Below are positions 39,993-52,132 of a DNA stretch of 64,000 nucleotides, one piece after another. Where the stretch lies: NCBI RefSeq assembly GCF_006345805.1, contig NC_042997.1:52452001-52516000 (forward strand), written 5' to 3'. The stretch is from Octopus sinensis (taxonomy: Eukaryota). Under the pieces are notes generated by a model. The model saw only the letters and a program-made list of their open reading frames with translations, was not told where the DNA came from and did not search any database. Positions within the stretch are counted from its first letter, which is position 1. Every line of letters starts with the position of its first letter. The position numbers and the translations under genes are program-made.

Positions 39993-40052
39993 TACGACAG
40001 GCTTCTTTCAGTTTCCGTCTACCAAATCCACTCACAAGGCATTGGTCGGCCC
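39420..40052 (-). mobile_element. SINE family 1 (head missing) with a nested retroposon in its microsatellite
   Basis: Tail at 39420-39665 and body at 39960-40052 flank an opposite-strand RTE-type 3' module at about 39668-39959. Confidence 0.85.
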
Positions 40053-40253
40053 TTAACAATATCTATCATATTGTTAAGTACTTAAGTTAAATATATTAAT
40101 TTTAAATAATTTATTTAATATGCTTAGTTATGTACTACTTTAGTCTGCAAAAACATATTTACCATAAGGTTTATATAAAATGCTGATGACATTGCTATTC
40201 AACAGGCTTTAGTTTGCAAATGTTTAATGTTAAATAGTTATATATATATATAT

Positions 40254-40552
40254 GGAGGCGCAATGGTTAGGGCAGCAGACTCGCAGTTGTAGGATCGCGG
40301 TTTCGATTCCCAGACCGAGCGTTGTGAGTGTTTCTTGAGCAAAAACACCTAAAGCTCCACAAGGCTCCTGCAAGGGGTGGTGGCGATCCCTGCTGTACTC
40401 TTTCGCCACAACTTTCTCTCACTCTTCTATTGGCCTGCTTGCTTAGCCAGTAGAGTGGCGTCATTTGAAGGCTAAAACAATGCGAAACGCATTGTGATCA
40501 GTGATGTGTAGCAACATCTGATAGACTTATCGGTCACGGTGATCACGGTCAT
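40254..40552 (+). mobile_element. tRNA-derived SINE, family 3
   Basis: ggaggcgcaatggttagggcagcagactcg...cggtttcgattccc tRNA-like A/B boxes. The reverse complement of the tail occurs at about 21340-21445. Confidence 0.8.
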
Positions 40553-41098
40553 ATACACACACACACACTATAAAAACAATCCAAGTGAAAGATTCTGACC
40601 ACAAGTCTTAATTATATGTATTAAATGAAATTACTAAAACAAAGACTATTAAAAAGATATAATAATAATGATACAATATAAAATGTTTAATAGAGCCATT
40701 TGCTATTTAGTCCATTTTTTTATACTCAAACATTGGGCCTCACAGAGGTGAAGGACATGGTGGTGAAGCATGATCCTTGAATGCTTGGCCTCACAGAGAC
40801 AAGTGACCGAGACCTTGGCAATATGCTGTGCTTAAAAAGACTTGACAAACCAAGTGAAACCATAGTCGTGCCCATTGCTAGTGTCATGTAAATGGCACCT
40901 GTGCCTGTGGAATATAAAAAGCACTGGTTGGCATTAGGAAGGGCATCCAGCTGTAGAAACCATGCCAAATCAGACTAGAACAGCTCTCCAGCTTACCAGT
41001 TACAGCCAAACAGTCTAACCCATGCCAGCATGGAAAGCGGACGTTAAATGATGACGATGTTGATGACTGCATGTAATCATATAATACCATAAATTTAA

Positions 41099-41317
41099 CC
41101 CTTTAGTGTTCAGATTATTCTATCAAACATAATGCCTATTGATTCCCATTGATTTGAATTAATCATGCACTATCTCATATCTTCAAGATCTTGATGGTGT
41201 AATTACTTAATGTAGAATAACATTGTAGGGTAGGTGTGAGGGCCTGGATCTGGTCAGTCTGAACATAAAACGGATTAAATATTTTGGCCGGATATGGCCG
41301 GTTTAAATACTAAAGGG
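41099..41317. mobile_element. piggyBac-like MITE
   Basis: TTAA|ccctttagtgtt...aatactaaaggg|TTAA. Confidence 0.85.
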
Positions 41318-41982
41318 TTAAACAAATGTTCATTTAAACATATTTAAAGTGAGATGCACACTTGTTTCTAACAACTTCATGCTTGTCACATATGTGAACA
41401 TAAATTCATAATTTTATTTATGTATAAGCAGATACTTAATCATAGGAACAGAAAAATGGATGCAAACAAACTCAAAAATTTCCAGTTCATAGTGGTTAAC
41501 TAGTGTTAATAATAATTAAGAATTAGTTAATTGTCATCTTCAAATAGCCACAATTGAGTAACAAGTAATTTTGACCTAATTTGTGTTAAATGAAAGAAGG
41601 TATGTAGTTGCTGTTTAAATTTAAAAACAACAACAATTTGTTTATATATTTATTTTTTGTGGGGTTGGAGTAATACAGGAACTGAGGGTTTTTTTCTTTT
41701 TTGTTCAACTTTCTCTTGGGTGGTCCAAAAGTTGTTTTGATTGGTATCTGATTTTTTTTTTTTTTTTATTTTATTTTATTTATTTATTTTTGCTAGATAG
41801 GGAATGAACTAAAATCTTATATGCCCTAAAGGTTGATGTTTGCATTTGAATTATTAACTCATATGACTGTTTGTTATCATTCAGTAATTGATTCTATAAT
41901 GTCAAAGTTAATAATATAATATTCGGTGTATGCAGTTGAGGCAGTATTTAATTTAATTAAATTACCCATCCATGTAACATAC

Positions 41983-42019
<37 letters not shown>

Positions 42020-43048
42020 TATTGATAGGCAGATTACTGTGGTTTTCATCTGAAATAAAATCTCTTATGGATGTGATGTACTTAAAGCTCAATATGTATT
42101 GGGAGACAAAAAAAAACAAAAACCAGGTCAGCAGTTTCCAGCAAGTAAGCCAGATGCTTTTCAGTCTTTTTTGGCCTTGTCAGTGATGTATACCTGCAGC
42201 CATCCACATGCTAGATGGATTTGTTGCCTCTGATATGGGAAACAGTAAATAACATGCTCACTGATATTGCAAGTAGCTGCTGGGTTGAATATATATTCAG
42301 TGTATACAATTAAAGCAGTATGGAATTGAAACAGTCATCAGTGTATCATAATTAGTGTATCTACACAAATGAGTGGCAAGGTTCTGAGAGTTTTCTTCTT
42401 TTTTTTTTTTCATGTAAAATAAAAAAATTTTTTTAATATACTATATATTGGAAGGAGATGAAAACTCACTCTGGCAACAGATAACGAAAATGCAAAATGC
42501 ATTTTGACCCCATTTTAGGCCTTATCAATTTAGTATATTTGCTGCCTGCCACAGGCTTTAAAGAGATTTGCCACCTCTAATATAGGAAACAGTGAATAAC
42601 ATGTTCACTAGTATTGCAAGTAGCTGTTGGACTGAATATAAATCCAGTGTATGAATACATAGATGGCTATTTTAATTTAATACTGCCTCAATTGCATGCA
42701 GTGGATTTTAAAATAACCTGGGAGCTATTTACAATCTCAGTGGACATAATCATCATCATTGTCAACATTTAACATCCATTTTCCATGCTGATATGGAAAA
42801 TGGATGTTAAATGGAGCTAGACAGCTTGACAGGAACTGGCAAGGCCAGGAGTCACACTAGTTCCATAGTCTGTTTTCTACTGCTGGATGCCCTTCAAAAT
42901 GTTCACCACTTTACAGAATGTACTGGGTGTTCTTGTTCATTGCTGCTGCTTGGGCAATTTGTCATCTCCCTCTGATATATAATATATTTTTAAACATAGC
43001 TTGTCCATTAGAGATTATCTTAAAAATGGAAAAGATATATTATATTAG

Positions 43049-43410
43049 ACTAGCACTATAACCCGGCAACGCCGGGTCATAGTGCTAGTGCACGCATATA
43101 CAGCTGCGTGCGCACATACATGCGAGTACTGTCCAAATCTCCAACTAATCACATACAGCTAGCTGGTATTCAATTGGCGTATCAAGTTTTGGGCATTTTG
43201 ATTGGGTTTTGGATAGAAAATTCACAAAAAAGTCACTTCTATTGATTGTTTAATGGCTTTGCTGGGTGACTGGGGAAATGTAAAGATGTGCACGACCACC
43301 CTTGGACGGTTTTGAATGACCATAGAGAGTGCAAGCCTTCTAACTGAAAAATTGTGGATTGTATAAAGGACACGCACACAGACATTTTGCTGTTTATATA
43401 TATATATAGA
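43049..43410 (+). mobile_element. Helitron/Helentron-type non-autonomous element (inferred)
   Basis: Terminal 41-nt palindrome actagcactataacccggcaacgccgggtcatagtgctagt; far end cacacagacattttgctgtttatatatatatagag; no TSD seen. Confidence 0.55.
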
Positions 43411-45409
43411 GATGATATTGTTCAAGATAGATTGTGTCTTTAAAAATAGGATGGTCATAATTGGAGAACAATTGGTAAGAGGTCTTCACTGCACCAACAA
43501 CTTGAGATATTTAAATCTCCATATAAGCTATTGTGTTGCGAACTAATCTCATCGGGCTGGCATGGATTAACAAAATAAGTATTGCCACATTATTAACTCA
43601 TAAAGAAACATACCTTTTTAAACAGCAAAATGAATCATGTATGGTTCATAAGTCTTTGCAGAAGGTTCACTGTTGTATTAAGGTTTGTTAATTGAAAACT
43701 GTAATATATAGTTTACATTGTGTGATAATCACTACCACCACCACCATCATCATCATCATTTTAATGTCCACTTTTTGAGGCTTGTACAGTTCAGATGGAG
43801 TTTGCTGAGATTTCCTATGGCTGGATACCTTTGCTCTCACCAACCCTGTCCTGTTTCCGAGCAAATTTGGCTGCTATTTCAACAGTTTGGTTGGTCATGT
43901 AGAAGTTCCCTCTGAATCGTATTTCTCAAGTTTCTCATTCACATAACAAATGTAGTTTTTGTAAGAGGGGTGATATCATTCATGAACACGTGGAGTCACA
44001 TACAGATCAACCATATCATTTGGTTCATATGAGACGATTGAATCATGAGCACATCTTTACTTTAATATCAGCTCAAATAACTTCAACGGCAGTCCAAATA
44101 TCCTAATCTCCTATAAGTGCTCTCTTTCTCTCTCTCTCTCTGACCTACAAGTTATGAAAAACATTGCTATAAGGGGGGAAAAAATGATAAATGATTTTTT
44201 GAGAAAAATATTTCCCTACTTTATTTACAACTGAAAGAGTAAGAGTTTTACACACACACACACATTGTTTACAAATTAAACTTGTGGTTTTCTTCATTTG
44301 TTTTTTGGTTTTTTTTACACAACTAGCTGAGAAGCAGATGGCGTAGTATATACAAATATGCTTACTTGCTATTTTACTATCCATGGTATGCACAAACTCC
44401 AGATGGATAGGTGGGACAACACACACACAGATAATTGCTATTCTTAAATTATTCTGCTCTGTACAATATTAAATCCCACCTTCTGCAAGCGAATAATAAA
44501 TAAATTTTAAACGTCTTAGAGAAAAAACGTTGTTTAGAAAGATCAAGAAATAAAACCAGAATTTTAAAAAAAAGTCTAAACACAGGAATATACAAACAGT
44601 TGCATCAATTTAAAGAGATTAACAGAAGAAAGATTGAATGAGGGAGTAAAAATGTAAGATATGGAAACTATAGTAATAAACACACTATTATTGGCCTAAT
44701 GGTAAAAAGAAAAGAGAATTTTATGCGTGAACGAATTGAAAGAGGATAGCAGGTGTGGGTAAGTGGTAGAAGTTTTTTTGTTTTTTTTTTAAGATAAACG
44801 TGAGAGAACCTAGAGATAGCTAGATGGATGGATGAATGGATGGAAAAATTAATAGAGGAAGCTAGAGGGAAAAAATGTATTGGGAAGAGGGGGAAATAAG
44901 CATAAAAAAAAATTTACATAAACAACAAACGCGAAAAACACAGAACATGAATGGAGATGAAGAGAAGGTAGGTTTAAAAAAAATGAAATTGCTTTATAAA
45001 ACCACAAAATAAAAGAAAATATGAGTGGGATGTGAAACAAGGAATAAATGGAAAAGAGAATGATGAGCATTTCAATGTACAGAGGTTGAAAGAAAATGAT
45101 GAGTATTTTGGATCACTATAGCATTTGTGTAATGTGATGAAGTAGGCAAGAGAGAGAGGGAGAGAGAGTTTTATAAGCACCTGTCTTCGCGGCTGAAGAC
45201 AGAAACAGGGGTGGTGAGACAGATTTCAAGTGAAGTGCTGTTTTTCTTAAGGACCATTCAACCATCCTCTAACTGTTATCTTTTGGCCTTTCTCTTTACT
45301 ACTATCACATTTCACTCAGAAAAATGGAATCCATTGACCTTATCTCCTTCCCCAAATTGTTGAAGAATTCCGTTTTGGTTGGCTTTTAAGCAAAAGAGAA
45401 AAAAACTTT

Positions 45410-45440
<31 letters not shown>

Positions 45441-45744
45441 TTTGAAAAAAGAAGAGACAGAAGAAAGTTAACTGAATACTGAAGCTCAACAGCTGTGAAC
45501 TTATCTGCTTGGTGTCGAGAATAGTGTGTAGTTGGTGAGAGTAAGTTTACTTACGACTATTCTTTGTATGGAGTATATAAGTGGAAAAGAGTATTAACAC
45601 TTGGAAAATGTTTTCGTTCTTCACTATTCTTAAAATCTGTGGATTAAGGGACACTGAATTGTGTAGTTTCAAGTGCATTTCTCATCATTAAATCTGCCAA
45701 TACCATTTGCAGATATAACAATTTTTTTTTAAATCTCTCAAAAT

Positions 45745-46110
45745 GTGGCTGTTTGGTAAGAAGCTTGCTTCCCAACCATGTATAGTTCCGGGTTCACCCA
45801 CTATGTGGCACCTTGGGCAAGTGTCTTCTACTGTAGCTTCATGCTGACCAAAGCCTTGTGAGTGGGATTGGTAAACGGAAGTTGAAAGAAGCTTATTATA
45901 TGTATGTATGTGTATAAATATATGTGTTTGTGTGTGTGTTCCCCACCACTGCTTGATAATCAGTGTTGGTATATTTACATACCCGTAACTTAATGGTTCA
46001 CAAAAGAGAGTGATAGAATAATTACTTGGGTCAATTTGTTCAGCTAAAATTTCTTCAAAGCGGTGCCCCAGCATGACTGCATTCTAATGACTGATACAAA
46101 TAAAAGATAA
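45745..46110 (+). mobile_element. SINE family 1
   Basis: Same head, body and tail as 15728-16245. Further fragments at about 46125-46230, 46885-47045, 50205-50650 and 51105-51262. Confidence 0.85.
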
Positions 46111-47445
46111 AAGAAAGGCACAAGAATAGCCGTGTGGTTAAGAAGTTCGCTTCCCAACTATATTTCATTCCTCTGCGCACTACCTTGGGGAAGTGTCTTT
46201 CTTTTATTGTAGTCTCGGGTTGATCAAAACATTATGAGCTTTTGTTCCCTCTAAGTTGTGCACTTGGGTGTGTGCACTTGGGCGTGTGCACATGTTTCCG
46301 AGGAGGGACAGGTTTCTAAGATGAAACAGAATTTTAAAAAATTGATGGTTTTTCACATCAGTGGATATATACTTTGTAAAGAAAGCCCTAATTTGCACAG
46401 AAGCAAATTTTTGCGCGCACCCACTACAAAAAATTAGAGAGAAATTTGATTGTGACTGGAATTTACAAGACAAGAAAGTGTGCTGAAACCTGTTGTAAAA
46501 ACATGTTTGTGTGCTAATGTGAGCCACTGTATTAAGGTGCATGCCTCTATGTAAAAACAAGAGAAGAACAAACACACATATGCACACAAAAACAAAATTT
46601 ATCCACTTAGCCATTCAATAAAGCAAGTTCTGGAGTCAATATGATTGATAAAAGTTGGTGCCCCAGCATGGTCAGTGCTCAGTGATAGAAACTTATGAAA
46701 GAAAGAAAAATGACCTATTGAGGAAACGCAACAAATCAGAGGAGAAATATTTCTTTCTTTAAAATTCAAAAAGTAGATTTTGATCCTTAAATTAAGTTGG
46801 TAACATTAATTTCAAAGGTTTTTAAGTCTAACACAACAACCTTTTTGTCGTATTGAATATTCATTTTGCTTTTATTTAGAGGGATGTGGTTGCATAGTTA
46901 AGCTTGCTTTCTAACAAATTGATCTTGGATTCAATCTCACTGTGTGGCACCTTGAGCAAGTGTCTTCTACTCTAACTCCATGCTAACCAAAACCTTGTGT
47001 ATGGATTTGGAAGACAGAAACTGGAAAAAGCCAGTCGTATATACATAGGTGAAATAAACATCAGAGATCTGCAGGAGTTACTCAGATGTTTTGTAAACTC
47101 TTTGAAATCCATTGCAATGTTGGAAACCCTTCTGTATCATCAGCAAGTATCTTAGGGTCACAAGAATTTTGCCCTTGAACCTGTATACTTCACCTGAATG
47201 GGGCAGTGAGGACTGAACTAGTCTTCAGAATTAGCAGAAGGGTTTCACTTGCTGTCTCTTATCTTGTCATGCCTTCACTTGTATTAGCCTTTTCCTTGTC
47301 CCCTAGAGTATCTGGTCAAAAAGTGGTTCAGGGTGCAAAGAGTTGCTCCACATTGCTTGCATAATAGGTCTTCTTTGCCCTAAGTTTTAAGGTTATTTGG
47401 GGTTGGCAAGAGATCTGCAACACCACGCTTGAGGAAAGACTTGCA

Positions 47446-47480
<35 letters not shown>

Positions 47481-47583
47481 ACCCTTGTCTTGATGTCATA
47501 TGATGTTAATTTCTAGTCTTCATTGAGAGACATATCTGGCTGTGGGAAATTATTACTTTGCTTGGCGAGGGTTGATCATACGT

Positions 47584-48230
47584 GGGATCTTTACCTTTTG
47601 ACCTACAGATTTTTAAAATATTTTTTTGTAACTAAACACTTTCAAACTTCGGACACTGGTAGAATGTCATATAAAACATCGTTTACTCTTAGCATTTTTG
47701 AGAAAAACTTATATTTACGAAGTTGTTTGTTGTTAAAGATCTCGTATTTCGGTAATTTCAACCAATCAATGACGTGTATTCAGCTGAATAAAATTACTGC
47801 TGTTGTTTGTCAGCAACAACTATCGGCGGTGTATATTTCGTTTGTCACTGTTATTTATGACAACCCTAACCCTAAAACCTTAATCCTAACCCTAAAACCC
47901 TAAACCCTAACCCTAAAACCTTAAAATCAGTACAAATGCACGAACGATGTCATAACTAACAGGGACAAACGAAAAATACACCGCCAATAGTTGTTGTTGA
48001 CAAACAACAGCAGTAATTTTATTCAGCTGAATACACGTCATTGATTGGTTGAAATTACCGAAATACGAGAACTTTAACAACAAACAACTTCGTAAATATA
48101 AGTTTTTTTCTCAAAAATGCTAAGAGTAAAAGATGTTTTATATGATATATTCTACCAGTGTCCGAAGTTTGAAAGTGTTTAGTTACAAAAAAATATTTTT
48201 AAAATCTGTGGGTCAAAAGGTAAAGATCCC
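47584..48230. mobile_element. Foldback DNA transposon with arms of about 280 bp and a telomere-like core
   Basis: Arms 47584-47862 and 47948-48230 are near-perfect inverted copies; core (aaccct/aaaaccct)n; flanks catacgtg / catacgcg. Arm sequence is related to the 13.4 and 36.4 kb MITEs. Confidence 0.9.
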
Positions 48231-48954
48231 CATACGCGTTATTCAGCGTACTGTGTCCCCATGAATTTCTGAGTAATAGTCGGTAACATTTTATATTCCA
48301 TTCAAACCATGCTTAGAATTTCGTAATAAATTACTTTGTATAATATTAGGTTGGCTTTTCATTCTTCTAAGTGCCAATAAAATACTACCGTCGTGATATC
48401 AAATGTATCTTTTCTTTAAAAAAAAAAATGGGAGTCTAGTGTCTCGTAAAAATAAATTATGTTTATTAGTAACATTACTTAGTATCAGAGATCTTTTTAC
48501 GTGATTGCAACTCTCTTAATTTGACCGCTTTGTTATCTTCAGCAATTCTGATAACGTTCTCGTTTGGTACCACAGCATGACCTATTATCAGTACAGTTTA
48601 CAGACTCAAGCCATTACAGTGATTTTACGCTTATTATTTTACCCACCATGCCGATAGAAATAGTACATTTATTTCCTTTCAATCTATCTATACCCTAAGA
48701 AATACATACATACGTACGTACGTACGTTCATACATACAAATAAAATAGGATATTTTCTAACGCAATCAATATGGAATTCGTACAATGTCATAGAATCGCT
48801 AGTGTAGTGAGGTTGGTCAGAATTTGTTGCTGTATCACCATGATGTAGGCAACTGATTTATCAGTCTATAGAGAATTGCTCTCCATGTTCGTTACTTGTA
48901 CTTCTGTCTGTTTTTATTCGCCCGCTCAGCTTTTACACAAATACATACATATAT

Positions 48955-49025
48955 AAACATACATACATACACATACATACATACATACATACATACATAC
49001 ATACATACATACACACATACATACA

Positions 49026-49056
<31 letters not shown>

Positions 49057-49140
49057 GTACATACATACATACATACATACATACGCACATACGTACGTAC
49101 ATACGTACATACATACACACATACATACATACATACATAT
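48955..49140. repeat. (TACA)n tetranucleotide microsatellite
   Basis: Long acat run; source of the MYVC/HTYI ORFs. Confidence 0.95.
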
Positions 49141-49352
49141 AGTTTACTGTTTCATTATAGGTAGGATCAACAAAGAAAAAAGTACTCCATCCACTGACAG
49201 ATAAGTATCATTTAGTATACACAGTATTTAAATAAGAGGTACTAATGGTTTGATGCTGTGATCCTGTTTCCACAGATGAAACTATTAGTGACCCTTATTT
49301 AAATACTGTATGTATGTATATATATATATTTGTGTGTGTGTATATATATATA

Positions 49353-49605
49353 CTTTATTTAAAGCAGCAGAAATTCAACAAAATCTGTTACTCTGAGTTT
49401 CTCATTGCCGTTCATCAGACAGTTTTTGCTAGAAAACTGTCTAGCAAACCGTCTAGCAAAAACTGTCTGATGAACGGCAACGAGAAACTCAGAGTAACAG
49501 ATTTTGTTGAATTGTCTGCTGCTTTAAATAAAGCATATTACTCTACCACTGGTATTTGAGTACTCTTTTTTCCACCTTGTTTCACATTTATGTGTTTACT
49601 CCGGT
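49353..49605. mobile_element. Palindromic PLE-like element, family A copy 2
   Basis: Inverted arms 49353-49433 and 49452-49533, an 18-nt spacer, and a tail matching copy 1 in the opposite orientation. Embedded in (TA)n. Confidence 0.85.
49459..49505 (+). ncRNA. Type I hammerhead motif (family A copy 2, right arm)
   Basis: aaaactgt-CTGATGA-acg gcaa cga-GAAAC-t cag a-GTA|acagatttt. Canonical core; stem II weakened by a terminal A-A mismatch. The mirror copy lies at 49380-49426 on the minus strand. Confidence 0.6.
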
Positions 49606-49609
49606 ATAT

Positions 49610-49655
<46 letters not shown>

Positions 49656-51294
49656 TACATATATAAACTTAATGTCGTAAGCTAAAAATAAAGTGTGGCA
49701 AATTAAAATTAATATATTGAAATTAAAATTCTTAAGTATTAATGACATCTTTTTATAAAAGAAGACAAGGGCGATAACGTCTGCGAGTTAAAGCGATTCA
49801 AAATTAAAGACGTTGTGAAGACTGAGGCTGACCTTTAGTGAGTATAGCGAGTCGACATCGTTCCTTAAACTTTCTTCCCTTGACACCCCTTTTTACCAGA
49901 TGAATTTTCTCACGACCCTTTTTCATTGCTACAAAATTCAACTAGAATATCCATGTAATTATAGCCTTTAAACGTTACGGCCTTTTGACTACATAGCTAA
50001 AAAAACTATAGTGAAAACCCCCATAGGTTAATTGTCAAAAACAATAAATGAGTGTTTATATTCTTATGTTGAAGTATCGCCCGTGTTGTGTAAGTTTCGT
50101 CAACGAATCTGCTATATTGCCCTGTCAGTGTTATAAGTGTTGGAAAATTACTAATAAATAGCAAGCTAAAATTCAGAAAATATAAAATAAAATAATTTAG
50201 ATATAGATACAGGTATGGCTGTGTAGTTAACTGGCTCGCTTCGTAAACAGGTGGTTTCAGGATCAATTCCATTCCGCAGCACCTTAGGCAAGTATTTTCT
50301 ATTATAGTCCAGGCCGACTAATGACTTATGAGTGAATTTGGTAAACGGAAACAGGGTAGTAGACAGTCGTATGTACATACATACATACATACATACATAC
50401 ATACATACATCTGTATATGTATGTATGTATGTCAATGAGTGTGTATGTGTCTTTGTATTGTCTCTATCCGCTGCCTAGCGACTGGTGTTTATTTACGTTC
50501 CCAGAACTTAGAGGTTCGGCAAAACAGACTGATAAGATAATACTAGACTTTAAAAATAAGTAGTGGGATCGAATTTTTCGACTGAACCCTTCAAATTTGG
50601 GCTCCAGTATGGCCGCAACCCAATGACTGGAACAAAAGATAAGATACAAGAGCACACGAAACTTTGTTAATAAACAAAAGATATATTTTATGGATATCCT
50701 TAGTGGAATGGGTGTGTTTGTTTGTTTTAACACAATACATCAGTGCATTTGATATTTGTCAGTGATATTCTGAAGAGAATTTCTATGTTCTTAACAGCTG
50801 AGCAGTGTTTTATCTTTATTGCCACATAAATTAAGTAGAAGAAAAGCTGCCATTGCTAATTCAGTTAGTGTTAGAAATTCTGATTTTGCTTTCAACCATT
50901 CAAAAAAAAAAAAAACTGTTGGAATTTGTTTATGAAAATTCGTGATCAATATTTGAATCGTACGACAAGCTTAGAAAATTATTCTTGAAATTTCGGAAAA
51001 TGACGTTTCATGTTTCAATAATTCCATTGCTACAACGAATAGAATTTAGACCAATTTCATTGTCCATGTCTGATTGCTATGTCCAAACTGCAAATGGAAC
51101 TGACACCATGGTTGTATGGTAAGAAGTTCGCTTACAAACATTGGGTTCCTGGTTCAGTTCCACTGCGCAGCATCTTGTGTAAGTGTTTTCTACGATAGCC
51201 CCGAGCCAACCAATACCTTGTGGGTTAAATTTCGGAGACGGAAACTGTGTGAAAGTCCGTCACACACACACACACACACGCACGCACATATGGG

Positions 51295-52132
51295 GAGATG
51301 GGGGCTAGTCGATTACACCGATCCCAGTGAGTCACGGGTACTTAATTTATCGACCCCAAAAAGATGACAGGCAAAGTCGACCTCGATGGAATTTCAACTC
51401 AGAACGTAGCGACGGGCGAAATACCGCTAAGCATTTCATCCGGCGTGCTAACGATTCTGCCAGCTCGCCGTCTTCATTGCTAAATAATAATGATAATATT
51501 AATCCTTTTTACTATAGGCACAAGACTTGGATTTTGGGGGGAAGGGGGATAATCGATCACATCGACCCCAGTACTGCACTGGTACCTTTATCGACCCCGA
51601 AAGGATGAAAGGCAAAGTCGACCTCGGTGTAATTTCAACTCAGAACGTAGCGGCAGACGAAATACCTATTTCTTTACTACCCACAAGGGGCTAAACACAG
51701 AGAAGACAAACAAGGACTGACAAACGGATTTAGTCGATTATATCGACCCCAGTGCGTAACTGGTACTTAATTTATCGAGCCCGAAAGGATGAAAGGCAAA
51801 GTCGACCTTGGCGGAATTTGAACTCAGAACGTAACGGCAGACGAAATGCCTCTAAGCATTTTTTCCGGTGCGATAACGATTCTGACAGCTTGCAGCCGTG
51901 AGATTGCCTAATTAATGGTTTCAAATTTTGGCACAGAGCCAGCAATTTCGAAGGATGGGCTAAGTCGATTACATTGACCCGAGTACTCAAAAGTTTACTT
52001 ATTTTATTGACCTCCGAAAAAATGAAAGACAACGTCGATCTCAGCGGAATTTGAACTCAAAACATAAAAACGGACGAAATACCACTAAGTATTTTGTCCA
52101 GTGCAGCAACGAGTCTGCCAGTTCACCGTCTT
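51295..52132 (-). mobile_element. Cluster of four same-orientation SINE family 2 units
   Basis: Repeated atcgaccc..aaaggatgaaaggcaaagtcgacctcggcggaattt.aactcagaacgt bodies at about 51.35, 51.59, 51.78 and 52.01 kb. Confidence 0.9.

Noticed and set aside
40254-40330. tRNA-like sequence
   Set aside because: Continues into a SINE body and lacks a complete cloverleaf, so it is a SINE head and not a tRNA gene.
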